Notes: generated by a model not told the origin, from the sequence alone. A stretch of DNA of 64,000 bases from an uncultured Clostridia bacterium (GCA_946405205.1 CAMJGL010000005.1:33013-97012), one strand, 5' to 3'. Counted from the first letter of the stretch, positions 1-9,050 are shown. Numbers and translations: made by a program.

Positions 1-485
1 GCGCTCATTTTGTCAACATCGCAGAGTAAAGGTCTGCCGATATTGCCGCCGAGATGCACCGTGAAGCCCTGCGCCTTCAAAAGCTCCGAAATAATGGTGG
101 TCGTAGTCGTTTTTCCGTCGCTTCCCGTAACGGCTATTATCCTGCACGGGCAAAGACTGAAGAAAACCTCCATTTCGGAGGTGATCTCAGCTCCCCTGTC
201 GGCCGCCGCAGTAAGATGCTCATCAAAGGGCATGAGCCCCGGCGTTCTGAAAATGATATCAAAATTCAGCTCATCGAGGTAATTATCACCAAGGTTAAGC
301 TTTGCTCCGAGGTTAGATAACCGCTCATGCTCCGTACCGAGAGCTTCGGCGTCCCTTTTGTCGCATGCCGTGACATCGCAGCCGCGCTCCAGCAGCTTTT
401 CTATAAGCGGAGTGTTGCTGACACCTATGCCAATAACCCCGATACGCTTATCCTTAATGCTGTCAATATATTCCGAAAAAGTCAT
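1..485 (-). CDS. murD: UDP-N-acetylmuramoylalanine--D-glutamate ligase, N-terminal part (gene runs off window start)
   Basis: Own translation of minus strand: MTFSEYIDSIKDKRIGVIGIGVSNTPLIEKLLERGCDVTACD...IIAVTGSDGKTTTTTIISELL. It has a MurD-like N-terminal GxGxS fold and the Mur-ligase P-loop. GGAGG lies 8 nt upstream of the ATG at 483-485. Absent from the ORF track because it is truncated. Confidence 0.65.
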   Translation of the reverse strand, partial: MTFSEYIDSIKDKRIGVIGIGVSNTPLIEKLLERGCDVTACDKRDAEALGTEHERLSNLGAKLNLGDNYLDELNFDIIFRTPGLMPFDEHLTAAADRGAEITSEMEVFFSLCPCRIIAVTGSDGKTTTTTIISELLKAQGFTVHLGGNIGRPLLCDVDKMS

Positions 486-548
486 AACGCAGACCTCCAA
501 ATCTTTATTATTATAAAGCTAAACTGCCTCCAATACAAGTTATTTCTA

Positions 549-577
549 TTGACTTAATGAGCTTTAATGGGTAAAAT
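549..577 (+). promoter_or_regulatory. sigma-A type promoter for rnpB
   Basis: TTGACT (549-554), 17 nt spacer, TAAAAT (572-577), about 6 nt before the predicted RNase P RNA 5' end. Confidence 0.5.
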
Positions 578-582
578 ATCAA

Positions 583-928
583 GTTGAGTGGGCCGAACGA
601 CCGCGGGCACATTCCGAAAGGAAGTGCGTGAGGAAAGTCCGGGCTCCATAGGGCAAGGATAACGGGTAACGCCCGCCAGGGGTGACCCTCGGACAAGTGC
701 AACAGAAATATACCGCCGAGCGATCGGTAAGGGTGGAAAAGTGAGGTAAGAGCTCACTCATCGCATGGAGACATGTTGATGCTGTAAACTCTATCCGGAG
801 CAACACCGTGGGAGGACAAGAGATCGGCCCGATCGTCCTCAGGAGGTGGCTTGAGCCTGTCGGCAACGGCAGGATTAGATAGATGGTCGTTTAAGACAGA
901 ACCCGGCTTACAGACTCACTCATCAAAA
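583..928 (+). ncRNA. rnpB: RNase P RNA, bacterial type A
   Basis: Universal motifs GAGGAAAGTCCGGGCTCCATAGGGCA, GTGCAACAGAAA, GGTAAGGGTG and ACAGAACCCGGCTTAC, collinear with E. coli M1 RNA. P1 pairs GTTGAGTG (5') with CACTCATC (3'). No plausible CDS here. Confidence 0.9.
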
Positions 929-956
929 ATACCGGCCTTGAGCCGGTATTTTTTTA
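928..956. terminator. bidirectional intrinsic terminator between convergent rnpB and pepD
   Basis: ATACCGGC-CTTGA-GCCGGTAT hairpin flanked by an A-run (5') and T-run (3'). The pepD stop codon (954-956) sits in the T-run. Confidence 0.7.
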
Positions 957-2399
957 TAGATTTTTCAGCAGCTCGAGAAGCAGACTGTATGTCCGCCCGG
1001 CGGAGGAGATGCTCAGCTTCTCATTTACGGTGTGGATATCCAGAATATCCGGCCCGAAGGATATGCAGTCAAGCTCCGGTATCTTCGCCGAGAAAAGCCC
1101 GCATTCAAGTCCTGCGTGTATGACCTCGATCTTAGGCGGCTTGCCGAACAGCTTGGTATAGCTTTCAACCGCCTTATCGCGCAGTGGCGAGTCTGCTTTA
1201 TACTCCCACGCGGGGTAAGCTCCGCCGGAGGACGCTTTTCCTCCGAAGGCCTGTATAGTATCGGAAATTCGCTTTCTTAGCTCGTCAAGCTCTGACATAA
1301 CGGAGCTTCTCAGACAGAAGGTAAGCTTCACGGCATTTTCATCGGTGCTGACTATGCCGAGATTTGTAGATGTCTGTACAAGCCCCGGGATATACGGGTT
1401 CAGGGCAATAACGCCGTTGGGCATATCAAAAATTGTGCTGATGATCCTTTCGCTTGAGGCGAAATCGCATGAATCGATCTCCCCTACCCCTAAGTTTTCG
1501 ACATCGAGCTTAACATCAGGTTCGTTTTTTGAGATAGCACAAATAACCGTGTCATTAAAGTCTGCAAGATATTCTGAAACGGCGCTGAAATCCTCGGGCG
1601 CGAACGCTATGACGGCGCTTGCGGCATTGGCGATAGCATTATCCTTCTCGCCTCCGTTCAAAGCCGCAAGGCTAATTGGAACATTTTTCTGAAGACCATG
1701 GAGCAGTTTCGCCATCAGAATATTTGAATTTGCTCTGTTATGATGTATCTCGCTGCCTGAATGTCCGCCGATAAGGCCGCTCAGGGTAAGCCGCAGTCTA
1801 TGAAGAGTGCGGGTACTGCGATTCAGGGCAAATTCCCCGAAAACCCGTATACCTCCCGCGCAGCCCGCGGTAATAACGCCTTCGGCTTCGGAATCAATAT
1901 TGAGCATCCTTCGGCCTGATAAGACGGAGGTATCAATAAACTCAGCGCCGTCCATTCCCGTTTCCTCATTTATGGTAAAAACGGCTTCGATAGGCGGATG
2001 CGGGATATCATCAGAATCCAGAACGGCCATCGCCATGGCTATGGCAATGCCGTCGTCGGCGCCGAGGCTCGTTCCGTCAGCCCACAGATATTCTCCGTCA
2101 GTCCTCAGGCGCAGCCCTTCGCGCTCAAGATCAATATCGCACTGTGACGTTTTGACCGTTACCATATCCATATGCCCTTGTATGATTACAGGCTCATGGT
2201 CTTCATATCCCGCCGAGGCCGGTTTGAAGATGATAACATTACCCAAGGCATCCTGAATATGGCGCAGTCCCCTGCTGCGGGCAAATTCACAGCAAAGCCC
2301 GCTTATCATGTCCGTATTGCCTGAGCCGTGAGGCACGGAGGAAATAAGCTCAAAGAATTCAAAAACTTTCTTGGGCTTAAGTTTTTCTATTGACGGCAT
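954..2399 (-). CDS. pepD: aminoacyl-histidine (Xaa-His) dipeptidase, peptidase M20 family
   Basis: 481 aa. Motifs HMDMV, GADDGIAIA and NEETGMDGA, and a length typical of PepD. Confidence 0.85.
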   Translation of the reverse strand: MPSIEKLKPKKVFEFFELISSVPHGSGNTDMISGLCCEFARSRGLRHIQDALGNVIIFKPASAGYEDHEPVIIQGHMDMVTVKTSQCDIDLEREGLRLRTDGEYLWADGTSLGADDGIAIAMAMAVLDSDDIPHPPIEAVFTINEETGMDGAEFIDTSVLSGRRMLNIDSEAEGVITAGCAGGIRVFGEFALNRSTRTLHRLRLTLSGLIGGHSGSEIHHNRANSNILMAKLLHGLQKNVPISLAALNGGEKDNAIANAASAVIAFAPEDFSAVSEYLADFNDTVICAISKNEPDVKLDVENLGVGEIDSCDFASSERIISTIFDMPNGVIALNPYIPGLVQTSTNLGIVSTDENAVKLTFCLRSSVMSELDELRKRISDTIQAFGGKASSGGAYPAWEYKADSPLRDKAVESYTKLFGKPPKIEVIHAGLECGLFSAKIPELDCISFGPDILDIHTVNEKLSISSAGRTYSLLLELLKNL

Positions 2400-2407
2400 T
2401 TAATTTT

Positions 2408-2740
2408 TCACTCCCATTTTGCCCACACATCGGGCTGATAACCGACGGTAGCCTGTCTGCCGTTGCGGACTATCGGCGTTTTTATAAGCCACGGGCAGTC
2501 AAACAGCTTTTCAAGCTTTGCGTCGTTGGAGGCAAGATACTGTATGAGCGGGTAATCGACGTCAGCAGTATTTATCATAGCGTCAAGGCCGACTGCGTTT
2601 TTAACGGAGTTTAGCTCTCCCCTGCTCATACCGAACTTCATAATATCCACAAACTGATACTTTATACGGCGCTCCTTGAAATAGCGCTCCGCTTTTTTTG
2701 TGTCAAAGCATTTGCTTTTACCGAAGATCTGAATGTTCAC
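2408..2740 (-). CDS. ArsC/Spx/YffB-family thioredoxin-fold protein
   Basis: 110 aa. N-terminus MNIQIFGKSKCFDTKKAERYFKERRIKYQFVDI matches the ArsC-family fold, with a single Cys (CxxT). GTG start overlaps the upstream stop (GTGA). Confidence 0.7.
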   Translation of the reverse strand: MNIQIFGKSKCFDTKKAERYFKERRIKYQFVDIMKFGMSRGELNSVKNAVGLDAMINTADVDYPLIQYLASNDAKLEKLFDCPWLIKTPIVRNGRQATVGYQPDVWAKWE

Positions 2741-3645
2741 AGCACTTTCTCCATTATATTCATAATGTTGTTAAAAAATATATCTCTGGCAAGGCTCTCT
2801 GGATAGTTGTGCCTGAGCAGCACCTCATATATCTTGCCAAGGTCTTGGACGCCGTGTATGCCTTTCGGCATTTCATCAATACCGTCAAGATCGCAGCCTA
2901 AAAACACGGCTTTCTCTCCGCCCAGAGCCATAAAATGCTCAATATGAGCGAAAACAGCGTCAATATCGCGGCCAAGGCCGAGAAATTCGGGATAAAGGTT
3001 TATACCCGCCCCCCCGCCCTGATTTTTCAAGGCAATAAATTGCTCGTCGCTTAGATTTCTCGGTGCAGGACATAAAGCTTTTGCATTCGAGTGTCCGGCG
3101 ATGACCGGCTTTCGGCTTACTTCAAGCACATCCCAAAAGCCCTGCTCCGATATATGCGACATATCAAGTATTATGCCGAGCTCCTGTGCCTTTTTGACAA
3201 ATCCTTTGCCCTTTGCACTCAGCCCCGCGCCGCTGCCCATGACCGAGCCGCACAACTCGTTATCAAAGTTCCAAGTGATATGTACTATCCGCACCCCGAG
3301 AGCGTAGGCCATTTCAATATCGCCTATCTGCTCGGCACCCTCAACAGACAGCAGTGCCGCTATCTTCCCGCCGCCTATGGCGGATATGATATCATGCGAA
3401 TTCAGACATAGCTTAACTATGTCTGAATTCATTTCAATCTGTTCTTTAAAATAGCGTATGACCGCCGACGCTTTCTCCTGCGGCTCATCAAGCGTTTCGG
3501 TGCAGACGGCAAATACTTGCGCTGCGGGGGAAAACTTTTTAAGTCGCATCAGATCCAAATGCAGTGAGTTTTCCCTGAGCCCCCTGCCTGTTAGCCACGC
3601 CTTTACGGCTGTATCGCAATGGCAGTCAAAAAGAGGGATACTCAT
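2737..3645 (-). CDS. membrane (renal-type) dipeptidase, peptidase M19
   Basis: 302 aa. DCHCDT N-terminal metal motif, GHSN and an M19-like layout. ATGA overlap with the rnj stop. Confidence 0.8.
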   Translation of the reverse strand: MSIPLFDCHCDTAVKAWLTGRGLRENSLHLDLMRLKKFSPAAQVFAVCTETLDEPQEKASAVIRYFKEQIEMNSDIVKLCLNSHDIISAIGGGKIAALLSVEGAEQIGDIEMAYALGVRIVHITWNFDNELCGSVMGSGAGLSAKGKGFVKKAQELGIILDMSHISEQGFWDVLEVSRKPVIAGHSNAKALCPAPRNLSDEQFIALKNQGGGAGINLYPEFLGLGRDIDAVFAHIEHFMALGGEKAVFLGCDLDGIDEMPKGIHGVQDLGKIYEVLLRHNYPESLARDIFFNNIMNIMEKVL

Positions 3646-5300
3646 ACTTCGGAGATGAGCGGCAGTATCATGGGGCTGCGCTTTGTCGTCTTATAGAGAT
3701 ATCCGGATACGTTGCTCTTTATCCTGCTCTTTATTGCCGACCAATCCTTTACGCCGCTTTCCTCGCAGGCTTCGACGCTTTCCCTTGTGACCCGCTTGAG
3801 CTCCTCTATCATCGATTCGGCTTCCTTGACGTATACAAAGCCGCGGGTCAGTATCTCGGGCTCTGACAGCATGCTGTTGTCCCAGGATGACAGGGTCACG
3901 ACTATGACGACCATGCCGTCCTCGGCAAGCCTGTGTCTGTCGCGCATGACAACGCTGCCGACGTCTCCGACGCCCATACCGTCGACCATGACCGCGCCTG
4001 ACTGAACGGCGCCGTTGACCTTAATGCTTTTCTTAGACAGCTCGATGACCTTGCCGTTTTCGGCAATAACGATATTTTTCGGCTCTATCCCCATGAGCTT
4101 TCCGAGCTCAGCATGCTTTACCAGCATACGGTATTCGCCGTGGACGGGAATAAAATACTTTGGTTTTACAAGAGCGAGCATCATTTTCTGCTCCTCCTGC
4201 GACGCATGGCCGGATACGTGAAGCTCGGTATTGCGGTCATAAATGACCTCTGCGCCCTTATGGAACAGCTCATCAATAACCTTGCTTATCATATTCTCGT
4301 TGCCGGGTATCGCCGAAGCCGAGATTATGACTCTGTCGCCAGCCTGAATATTGATCTGGCGGTGTTCGGAGAATGCCATGCGGTAAAGCGCCGACATGGT
4401 TTCACCCTGGCTGCCGGTGGAGATGATGACCACTTTTTCCTTAGGAAGCTTATTTATTTGGTTAATGTCCACAATCACGTTTTCAGGGACGTTTAGATAA
4501 CCCAGCACGGTTGCGACGCGGAGGATATTCTCCATGCTTCTGCCGGTTATGCCGACCTTGCGCTTATACTTTGCGGCAACGTCAATTATCTGCTGAAGCC
4601 TGTGGACATTCGAGGCAAAGGTAGTAATGATTATCCTTTGATCGCAGTTTTTAAACAGCATATCAAAGGTCTCGCCCACCTTGCGCTCTGAGGCGGAATG
4701 TCCCGGCTTTTCAACATTGGTAGAATCGCTGAGAAGTGCCAGAACGCCCTCGTTGCCGAGTTGGCCGAGGCGGGGCAGATCGATCATATTGCCCTGAACG
4801 GGCGTAACATCGATCTTAAAGTCGCCTGTGTGTATGATGGTACCGAGCGGCGTTTTGATTGCAAGTGCCACCGCGTCCGCTATACTGTGGTTAACGTTTA
4901 TAAATTCTATGCTGAAGCAGCCGAGGCGGAATACATCTCCGGCCTTCTTTGTGAAGATCTGAGTATTATAAAGCAGATCGTGCTCCTCAAGCTTTAGCTC
5001 AATAAGCGCGGCCGTAAGAGGAGTAGCGTAGATTGGTACGTCAAGTTCTCTCATGACGTATGGCACTGCGCCGATGTGGTCCTCATGGCCGTGGGTGAAT
5101 ATAATTCCCTTGACGCGGTCGGCATTTGATTTGAGATACGTTATATCCGGAATAACGATGTCGATGCCGTACATTTGCTCGTCAGGGAAACCCAAACCGC
5201 AGTCTATAACGATTATATCAGTGCCGCATTCGATCGCGGTCATGTTCTTTCCTATCTCGCCGAGTCCTCCCAGAGGAATGATTTTAATTTTTGGTGTCAT
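3642..5300 (-). CDS. rnj: ribonuclease J
   Basis: 552 aa. Begins KIIPLGGLGEIGKNMT, has the HGHEDHIG metallo-beta-lactamase motif, a beta-CASP region and a C-terminal domain. Confidence 0.9.
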   Translation of the reverse strand: MTPKIKIIPLGGLGEIGKNMTAIECGTDIIVIDCGLGFPDEQMYGIDIVIPDITYLKSNADRVKGIIFTHGHEDHIGAVPYVMRELDVPIYATPLTAALIELKLEEHDLLYNTQIFTKKAGDVFRLGCFSIEFINVNHSIADAVALAIKTPLGTIIHTGDFKIDVTPVQGNMIDLPRLGQLGNEGVLALLSDSTNVEKPGHSASERKVGETFDMLFKNCDQRIIITTFASNVHRLQQIIDVAAKYKRKVGITGRSMENILRVATVLGYLNVPENVIVDINQINKLPKEKVVIISTGSQGETMSALYRMAFSEHRQINIQAGDRVIISASAIPGNENMISKVIDELFHKGAEVIYDRNTELHVSGHASQEEQKMMLALVKPKYFIPVHGEYRMLVKHAELGKLMGIEPKNIVIAENGKVIELSKKSIKVNGAVQSGAVMVDGMGVGDVGSVVMRDRHRLAEDGMVVIVVTLSSWDNSMLSEPEILTRGFVYVKEAESMIEELKRVTRESVEACEESGVKDWSAIKSRIKSNVSGYLYKTTKRSPMILPLISEV

Positions 5301-5446
5301 ATATTACCTCCTGAATGAGTGTTATTTCCGAAAATGAAAGTAAAGGGGCTCCTCGTTGTATCTGTCCTGTTTCACAGAATACAGCGAAGCCATCCCCCCC
5401 AATATTCGGTATGTAATGTGTCTGTAAAGGGATTATATCCCGTTTG

Positions 5447-6052
5447 CTACATTTCAATTCTGCCCTCAAGGGCGCGAAGAAGCGTTGCATCATCGGCAAA
5501 CTCGAGATTTGACCCGACGGGAATGCCGTATGCAAGTCTGGTGACCTTTACGTCAAACGGCTTTAAGAGCCGTGAAATGTACATAGCGGTAGCCTCACCC
5601 TCGGTATCGGGGTTGGTCGCCATGATTATCTCGCTGATCTCGCTGTCATCAGCCGCTACACGCTTTAAAAGCTCGCTTATCTTAATATCGTCCGGCCCGA
5701 CATGGCTGATGGGAGAAAGAACTCCGTGAAGCACGTGGTATACGCCGTTATATTCATGGCTGCGCTCGATAGACAAAACGTCCCGCGGCTCCGAAACTAC
5801 GCACACAGTGCTTTTATCACGCTTATTGCTGCCGCAGACAGAGCATACTTCCCCCTCGGTCAGGTTCTGACACACCTTACAGCAGCAAACGCTCTTTCGG
5901 GCATCCCAAATTGCGTTGGCAAAGCTCTCGGCCTCACCCTCGGGCAGGGATAGAACATGGAAAGCAAGCCTCTGGGCGCTCTTTTTCCCGACGCCGGGCA
6001 GAGAGGCAAATTTGTCTATAAGGTTTTCAAGGGAAGCAGGAAAAAACGGCAT
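5447..6052 (-). CDS. recR: recombination protein RecR
   Basis: 201 aa. LIDKFASLPGVGKKSAQRLAFHVL helix-hairpin-helix, C4 zinc finger CxxCx(n)CxxC, and a Toprim region. Confidence 0.9.
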   Translation of the reverse strand: MPFFPASLENLIDKFASLPGVGKKSAQRLAFHVLSLPEGEAESFANAIWDARKSVCCCKVCQNLTEGEVCSVCGSNKRDKSTVCVVSEPRDVLSIERSHEYNGVYHVLHGVLSPISHVGPDDIKISELLKRVAADDSEISEIIMATNPDTEGEATAMYISRLLKPFDVKVTRLAYGIPVGSNLEFADDATLLRALEGRIEM

Positions 6053-6067
6053 ATACTTTTCTCCAAA

Positions 6068-6721
6068 TCAAGCGTTTCTTATTGCAGCGATCTGCGCGGC
6101 GCGGTCAGGTTTTCCGAAAACGGCACTCCCGGCGACGAGGACGTCGGCCCCGGCGTCCTTAACGAGCCTTGCTGTGACGGGATCCACTCCGCCGTCAACC
6201 TCAAGCTCGCAGTCAAGACCCCTGCGGTCTATCTCCTTGCGCAGCTCGGCTATCTTCGGGAGCTGATCGTGCATGAAGCTCTGCCCGCCGAAGCCGGGCT
6301 CGACAGTCATAACAAGAACCATGTCAAGGCGGTCAATGAACGGATACAGGACGGCGGCGGGAGTTTTCGGTTTTACGGAAAGCCCCGCTTTCCTGCCGTT
6401 TGCTTTAACGATATCTATTGCCTCTGATATGTTCTGATATGAATCGGCCTCAACATGGAACATAACAAGGTCGGCTCCTGCCTTGCAGAAGGCCTCCGCA
6501 TAGCGCACAGGCTTATCTATCATAAGATGCACGTCAAGAAACATATCGGTGGATTTGCGGACGGATTTGAGTACGGGGATGCCGATGGAAATGTTGGGCA
6601 CGAACACTCCGTCCATTACGTCAAAATGTATATAATCGGCACCGCCGGCTCTTATTTCTTCAATTTCCTCGCCGAGTCTGGTGAAATCCGCAGAAAGAAT
6701 GGAGGGAGCGATCTTTATCAT
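6068..6721 (-). CDS. rpe: ribulose-phosphate 3-epimerase
   Basis: 217 aa. APSILSADF, HFDVMDG and EPGFGGQSF motifs. Confidence 0.9.
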   Translation of the reverse strand: MIKIAPSILSADFTRLGEEIEEIRAGGADYIHFDVMDGVFVPNISIGIPVLKSVRKSTDMFLDVHLMIDKPVRYAEAFCKAGADLVMFHVEADSYQNISEAIDIVKANGRKAGLSVKPKTPAAVLYPFIDRLDMVLVMTVEPGFGGQSFMHDQLPKIAELRKEIDRRGLDCELEVDGGVDPVTARLVKDAGADVLVAGSAVFGKPDRAAQIAAIRNA

Positions 6722-6829
6722 GGCAATAACCTCGGCTTAGCTTGCAGCATAAAATGATTCAGCGGTCAGGTGCGCGCCGCTGCTTTTATATACGGGGAAT
6801 GCTCTTATGGGCATTCCCCCATGTTTATT

Positions 6830-6858
6830 ATTATACTACACAATATTTTGATTGGCAA
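6830..6858 (-). promoter_or_regulatory. sigma-A type promoter for rpe-recR
   Basis: Minus strand TTGCCA (6858-6853), 17 nt, TATAAT (6835-6830), just downstream of the ybaK-like terminator. Confidence 0.5.
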
Positions 6859-6890
6859 GAGTATACAAAAAATATTATGTTGTATTGTGC

Positions 6891-6926
6891 AAAAAGCAGG
6901 AAAGTAAGTATACTTTCCTGCTTTTA
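6891..6926. terminator. intrinsic terminator after ybaK-like gene (end of T-box tyrS operon)
   Basis: 12-bp stem AGCAGGAAAGTA / TACTTTCCTGCT with a 4-nt loop, flanked by A- and T-runs. Starts 6 nt after the stop at 6932. Confidence 0.7.
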
Positions 6927-6931
6927 CACAT

Positions 6932-7411
6932 TTACTCCTGGGGCTCAGGGAGCTTGCATACGTCGATCCATTCAAGGGCGTTGGAGTATTTGAACAGCTC
7001 ATCAAGATCGAGCTCGATAGCGCTGCTCGCGCTTCCAACGGCGGGAAAAACGGTTGTAAACCTCTTCAGGCTTTCGTCGAGGTAAACGTCAATGCCCTCG
7101 TTGATTCCGAAGGGGCACACGCCGCCCACAGGATGGCCTACAAGCTCAAGGACCTCGTCGGCGGTGAGCATTTTCGCCTTCATATGGAACTTATCCTTGA
7201 ATTTGCGATTATCGATTCTTGCATCTCCCGCGGCGAGGATGAGTATGCAGCTGTCATCCTTCTTGAATGACAGCGTTTTTGCGATACGCGCACCTTCAAC
7301 GCCGAGTGCGAGTGCGGCAAGCTCAACTGTTGCGCTGGAAACGGTAAACTCACGAACCCTGTCCTCCATGCCGAACTGCCGGAAATATGCTCTGCCTTTT
7401 TCTATTGACAT
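6932..7411 (-). CDS. YbaK/EbsC-family aminoacyl-tRNA trans-editing deacylase
   Basis: 159 aa. KTLSFK lysine motif and GGVCPFG, typical of the YbaK/ProX INS-like domain. Confidence 0.75.
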   Translation of the reverse strand: MSIEKGRAYFRQFGMEDRVREFTVSSATVELAALALGVEGARIAKTLSFKKDDSCILILAAGDARIDNRKFKDKFHMKAKMLTADEVLELVGHPVGGVCPFGINEGIDVYLDESLKRFTTVFPAVGSASSAIELDLDELFKYSNALEWIDVCKLPEPQE

Positions 7412-7424
7412 CTTTTATCACCAC

Positions 7425-8645
7425 TTACTTCAGTATTATCTTGTTATAGTTTTTCTTGCCGCGCCTGATGACAACGCCGCTTTTCAGCTCATCGGCGGTG
7501 AAGCTCTTTGCAATATCCGTTACCTTTTCGTCGTTTGCCGATACGCCGCCCTGCTGAATATTTCTGCGGGCCTCGGATTTTGAAGCGCACAGACCGGTCC
7601 TGACAAGGGCAGTCATTATGTCCATGGCGCCATCTGCGAGCTCAGCTTCCGCTATCTCGGTAGTGGGCATATCGCCTCCGCCGGAGCCGCCGAACAGTGC
7701 CTTGGCAGAGGCCTCGGCTTTTTTGGCCTCCTCGTCGCCGTGTACAAGCGCTGTCAGCTCATATGCAAGGATCTCCTTTGCTCTGTTGAGCTGGGAGCCC
7801 TCCCACTGCGCCATCTCATCTATCTGCTCAAGAGGCAGGAAGGTCAGCATACGCAGGCATTTTAGTACGTCAGCGTCGTTAACATTGCGCCAGTACTGGT
7901 AAAACTCGTAGGGTGAGGTCTTGTTGGGGTCGAGCCAGACAGCGCCGGAAGCGGTCTTACCCATTTTCTTGCCCTCTGAGTTAAGGAGCAGGGTTATGGT
8001 CATGGCATGAGCGTCCTTGCCGAGCTTGCGGCGGATAAGCTCCGTGCCGCCGAGCATATTGCTCCACTGGTCGTTTCCGCCGAACTGCATATTGCAGCCG
8101 TAATGCTGGAACATATAGTAAAAGTCATAGCTCTGCATTATCATGTAGTTGAACTCAAGGAAGCTGAGACCCTTTTCCATGCGCTGCTTATAGCACTCGG
8201 CACGCAGCATATTATTAACGGAAAAGCACGCGCCCACATCGCGCAGCATCTCAATGTAATTGAGCGGCTTGAGCCATGCCGAGTTTCTGAGCATTATAGC
8301 CTTGCCGTCAGAGAAATCGATGAATTTCTCCATCTGCCTTTTGAAGCACTCCGCGTTATGCTGAATGGTCTCCTCCGTGAGCATCTGACGCATATCCGTG
8401 CGGCCCGAGGGGTCACCGATAAGCGTAGTGCCGTCTCCGATGAGGGCGATGGGCTTGTTGCCCGCCATCTGAAGGCGCTTCATAAGGCACAGGGCCATGA
8501 AATGACCGACGTGCAGGGAATCGGCGGTGCAGTCAAAGCCGATGTAGAAGGTGGCTTTGCCGTTATTTATCATTTCCCTTATCTCGTCCTCGTTTGTTAC
8601 CTGAGCGATGAGCCCTCTGGCAACCAGTTCTTCGTAAATCTCCAT
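7425..8645 (-). CDS. tyrS: tyrosine--tRNA ligase
   Basis: 406 aa. HVGH (HIGH) and KMGKT (KMSKS) class I motifs, and a C-terminal S4-like domain. Confidence 0.95.
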   Translation of the reverse strand: MEIYEELVARGLIAQVTNEDEIREMINNGKATFYIGFDCTADSLHVGHFMALCLMKRLQMAGNKPIALIGDGTTLIGDPSGRTDMRQMLTEETIQHNAECFKRQMEKFIDFSDGKAIMLRNSAWLKPLNYIEMLRDVGACFSVNNMLRAECYKQRMEKGLSFLEFNYMIMQSYDFYYMFQHYGCNMQFGGNDQWSNMLGGTELIRRKLGKDAHAMTITLLLNSEGKKMGKTASGAVWLDPNKTSPYEFYQYWRNVNDADVLKCLRMLTFLPLEQIDEMAQWEGSQLNRAKEILAYELTALVHGDEEAKKAEASAKALFGGSGGGDMPTTEIAEAELADGAMDIMTALVRTGLCASKSEARRNIQQGGVSANDEKVTDIAKSFTADELKSGVVIRRGKKNYNKIILK

Positions 8646-8666
8646 ATTTATCTCCTAACCTTAATT

Positions 8667-9050
8667 TTATTCTCTTATCATCTTCTCGGCAGTTTCAGCC
8701 ATGAAGCAGATTATTTCATTACAGTCAATATTGCCCTTTAGCTCCGAGCATCTGATTTTGCCGTATTTCTCCTCTGCCGCCGCAACGCATTGCTTTGCAA
8801 GCTCCGCGATCTTCTGCTTTGCCTCAGCGTCGCTGCCGTCAGTAAACGGGTAAGCCATGCCGAGCGCCATAACAGCTCCGGAGATCGCGCCGCATACCTC
8901 GCCGCTTCTAAGCCCGCCGCCGAAACCGGCTGACATTGCCAAAGCGGTCTTTTCATCCAAACCGGTCAGCTCTGAACAGGCGGCAAGTACAGCCTGTGCG
9001 CAATTATAGCCCTTTTTGTGCCAATACAAAGCTTTTTCTCTGATATCCAT
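8667..9050 (-). CDS. C_GCAxxG_C_C family putative redox-active protein
   Basis: 127 aa. GYNCAQAVL, CGAISGAVM and C-terminal C..C residues fit the C-GCAxxG-C-C signature. Confidence 0.75.
   Translation of the reverse strand: MDIREKALYWHKKGYNCAQAVLAACSELTGLDEKTALAMSAGFGGGLRSGEVCGAISGAVMALGMAYPFTDGSDAEAKQKIAELAKQCVAAAEEKYGKIRCSELKGNIDCNEIICFMAETAEKMIRE

Noticed and set aside
6805-6822. Five-codon mini-ORF ATG GGG GAA TGC CCA TAA (MGECP) at the start of the rpe leader, possibly a leader peptide.
   Set aside because: It coincides with the 5' arm and loop of the leader hairpin, has no RBS, and would sit within a few nt of the predicted transcription start. It is most simply a by-product of the stem sequence.
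8007-8741. 244-aa plus-strand ORF antisense to tyrS. Similar long antisense ORFs lie at 9209-10033, 15696-16487, 25262-26113, 30272-31132, 42082-43170 and 61094-62038.
   Set aside because: All are mirror ORFs of strongly supported genes (tyrS, recN, ispA/xseA, prkC, fmt, ispH-S1, rnhB/rbgA). They lack RBSs and give Leu/Ala/Arg/His-rich sequences without domains. The class I aaRS antisense-coding idea is tempting for tyrS, but nothing in the sequence supports expression.
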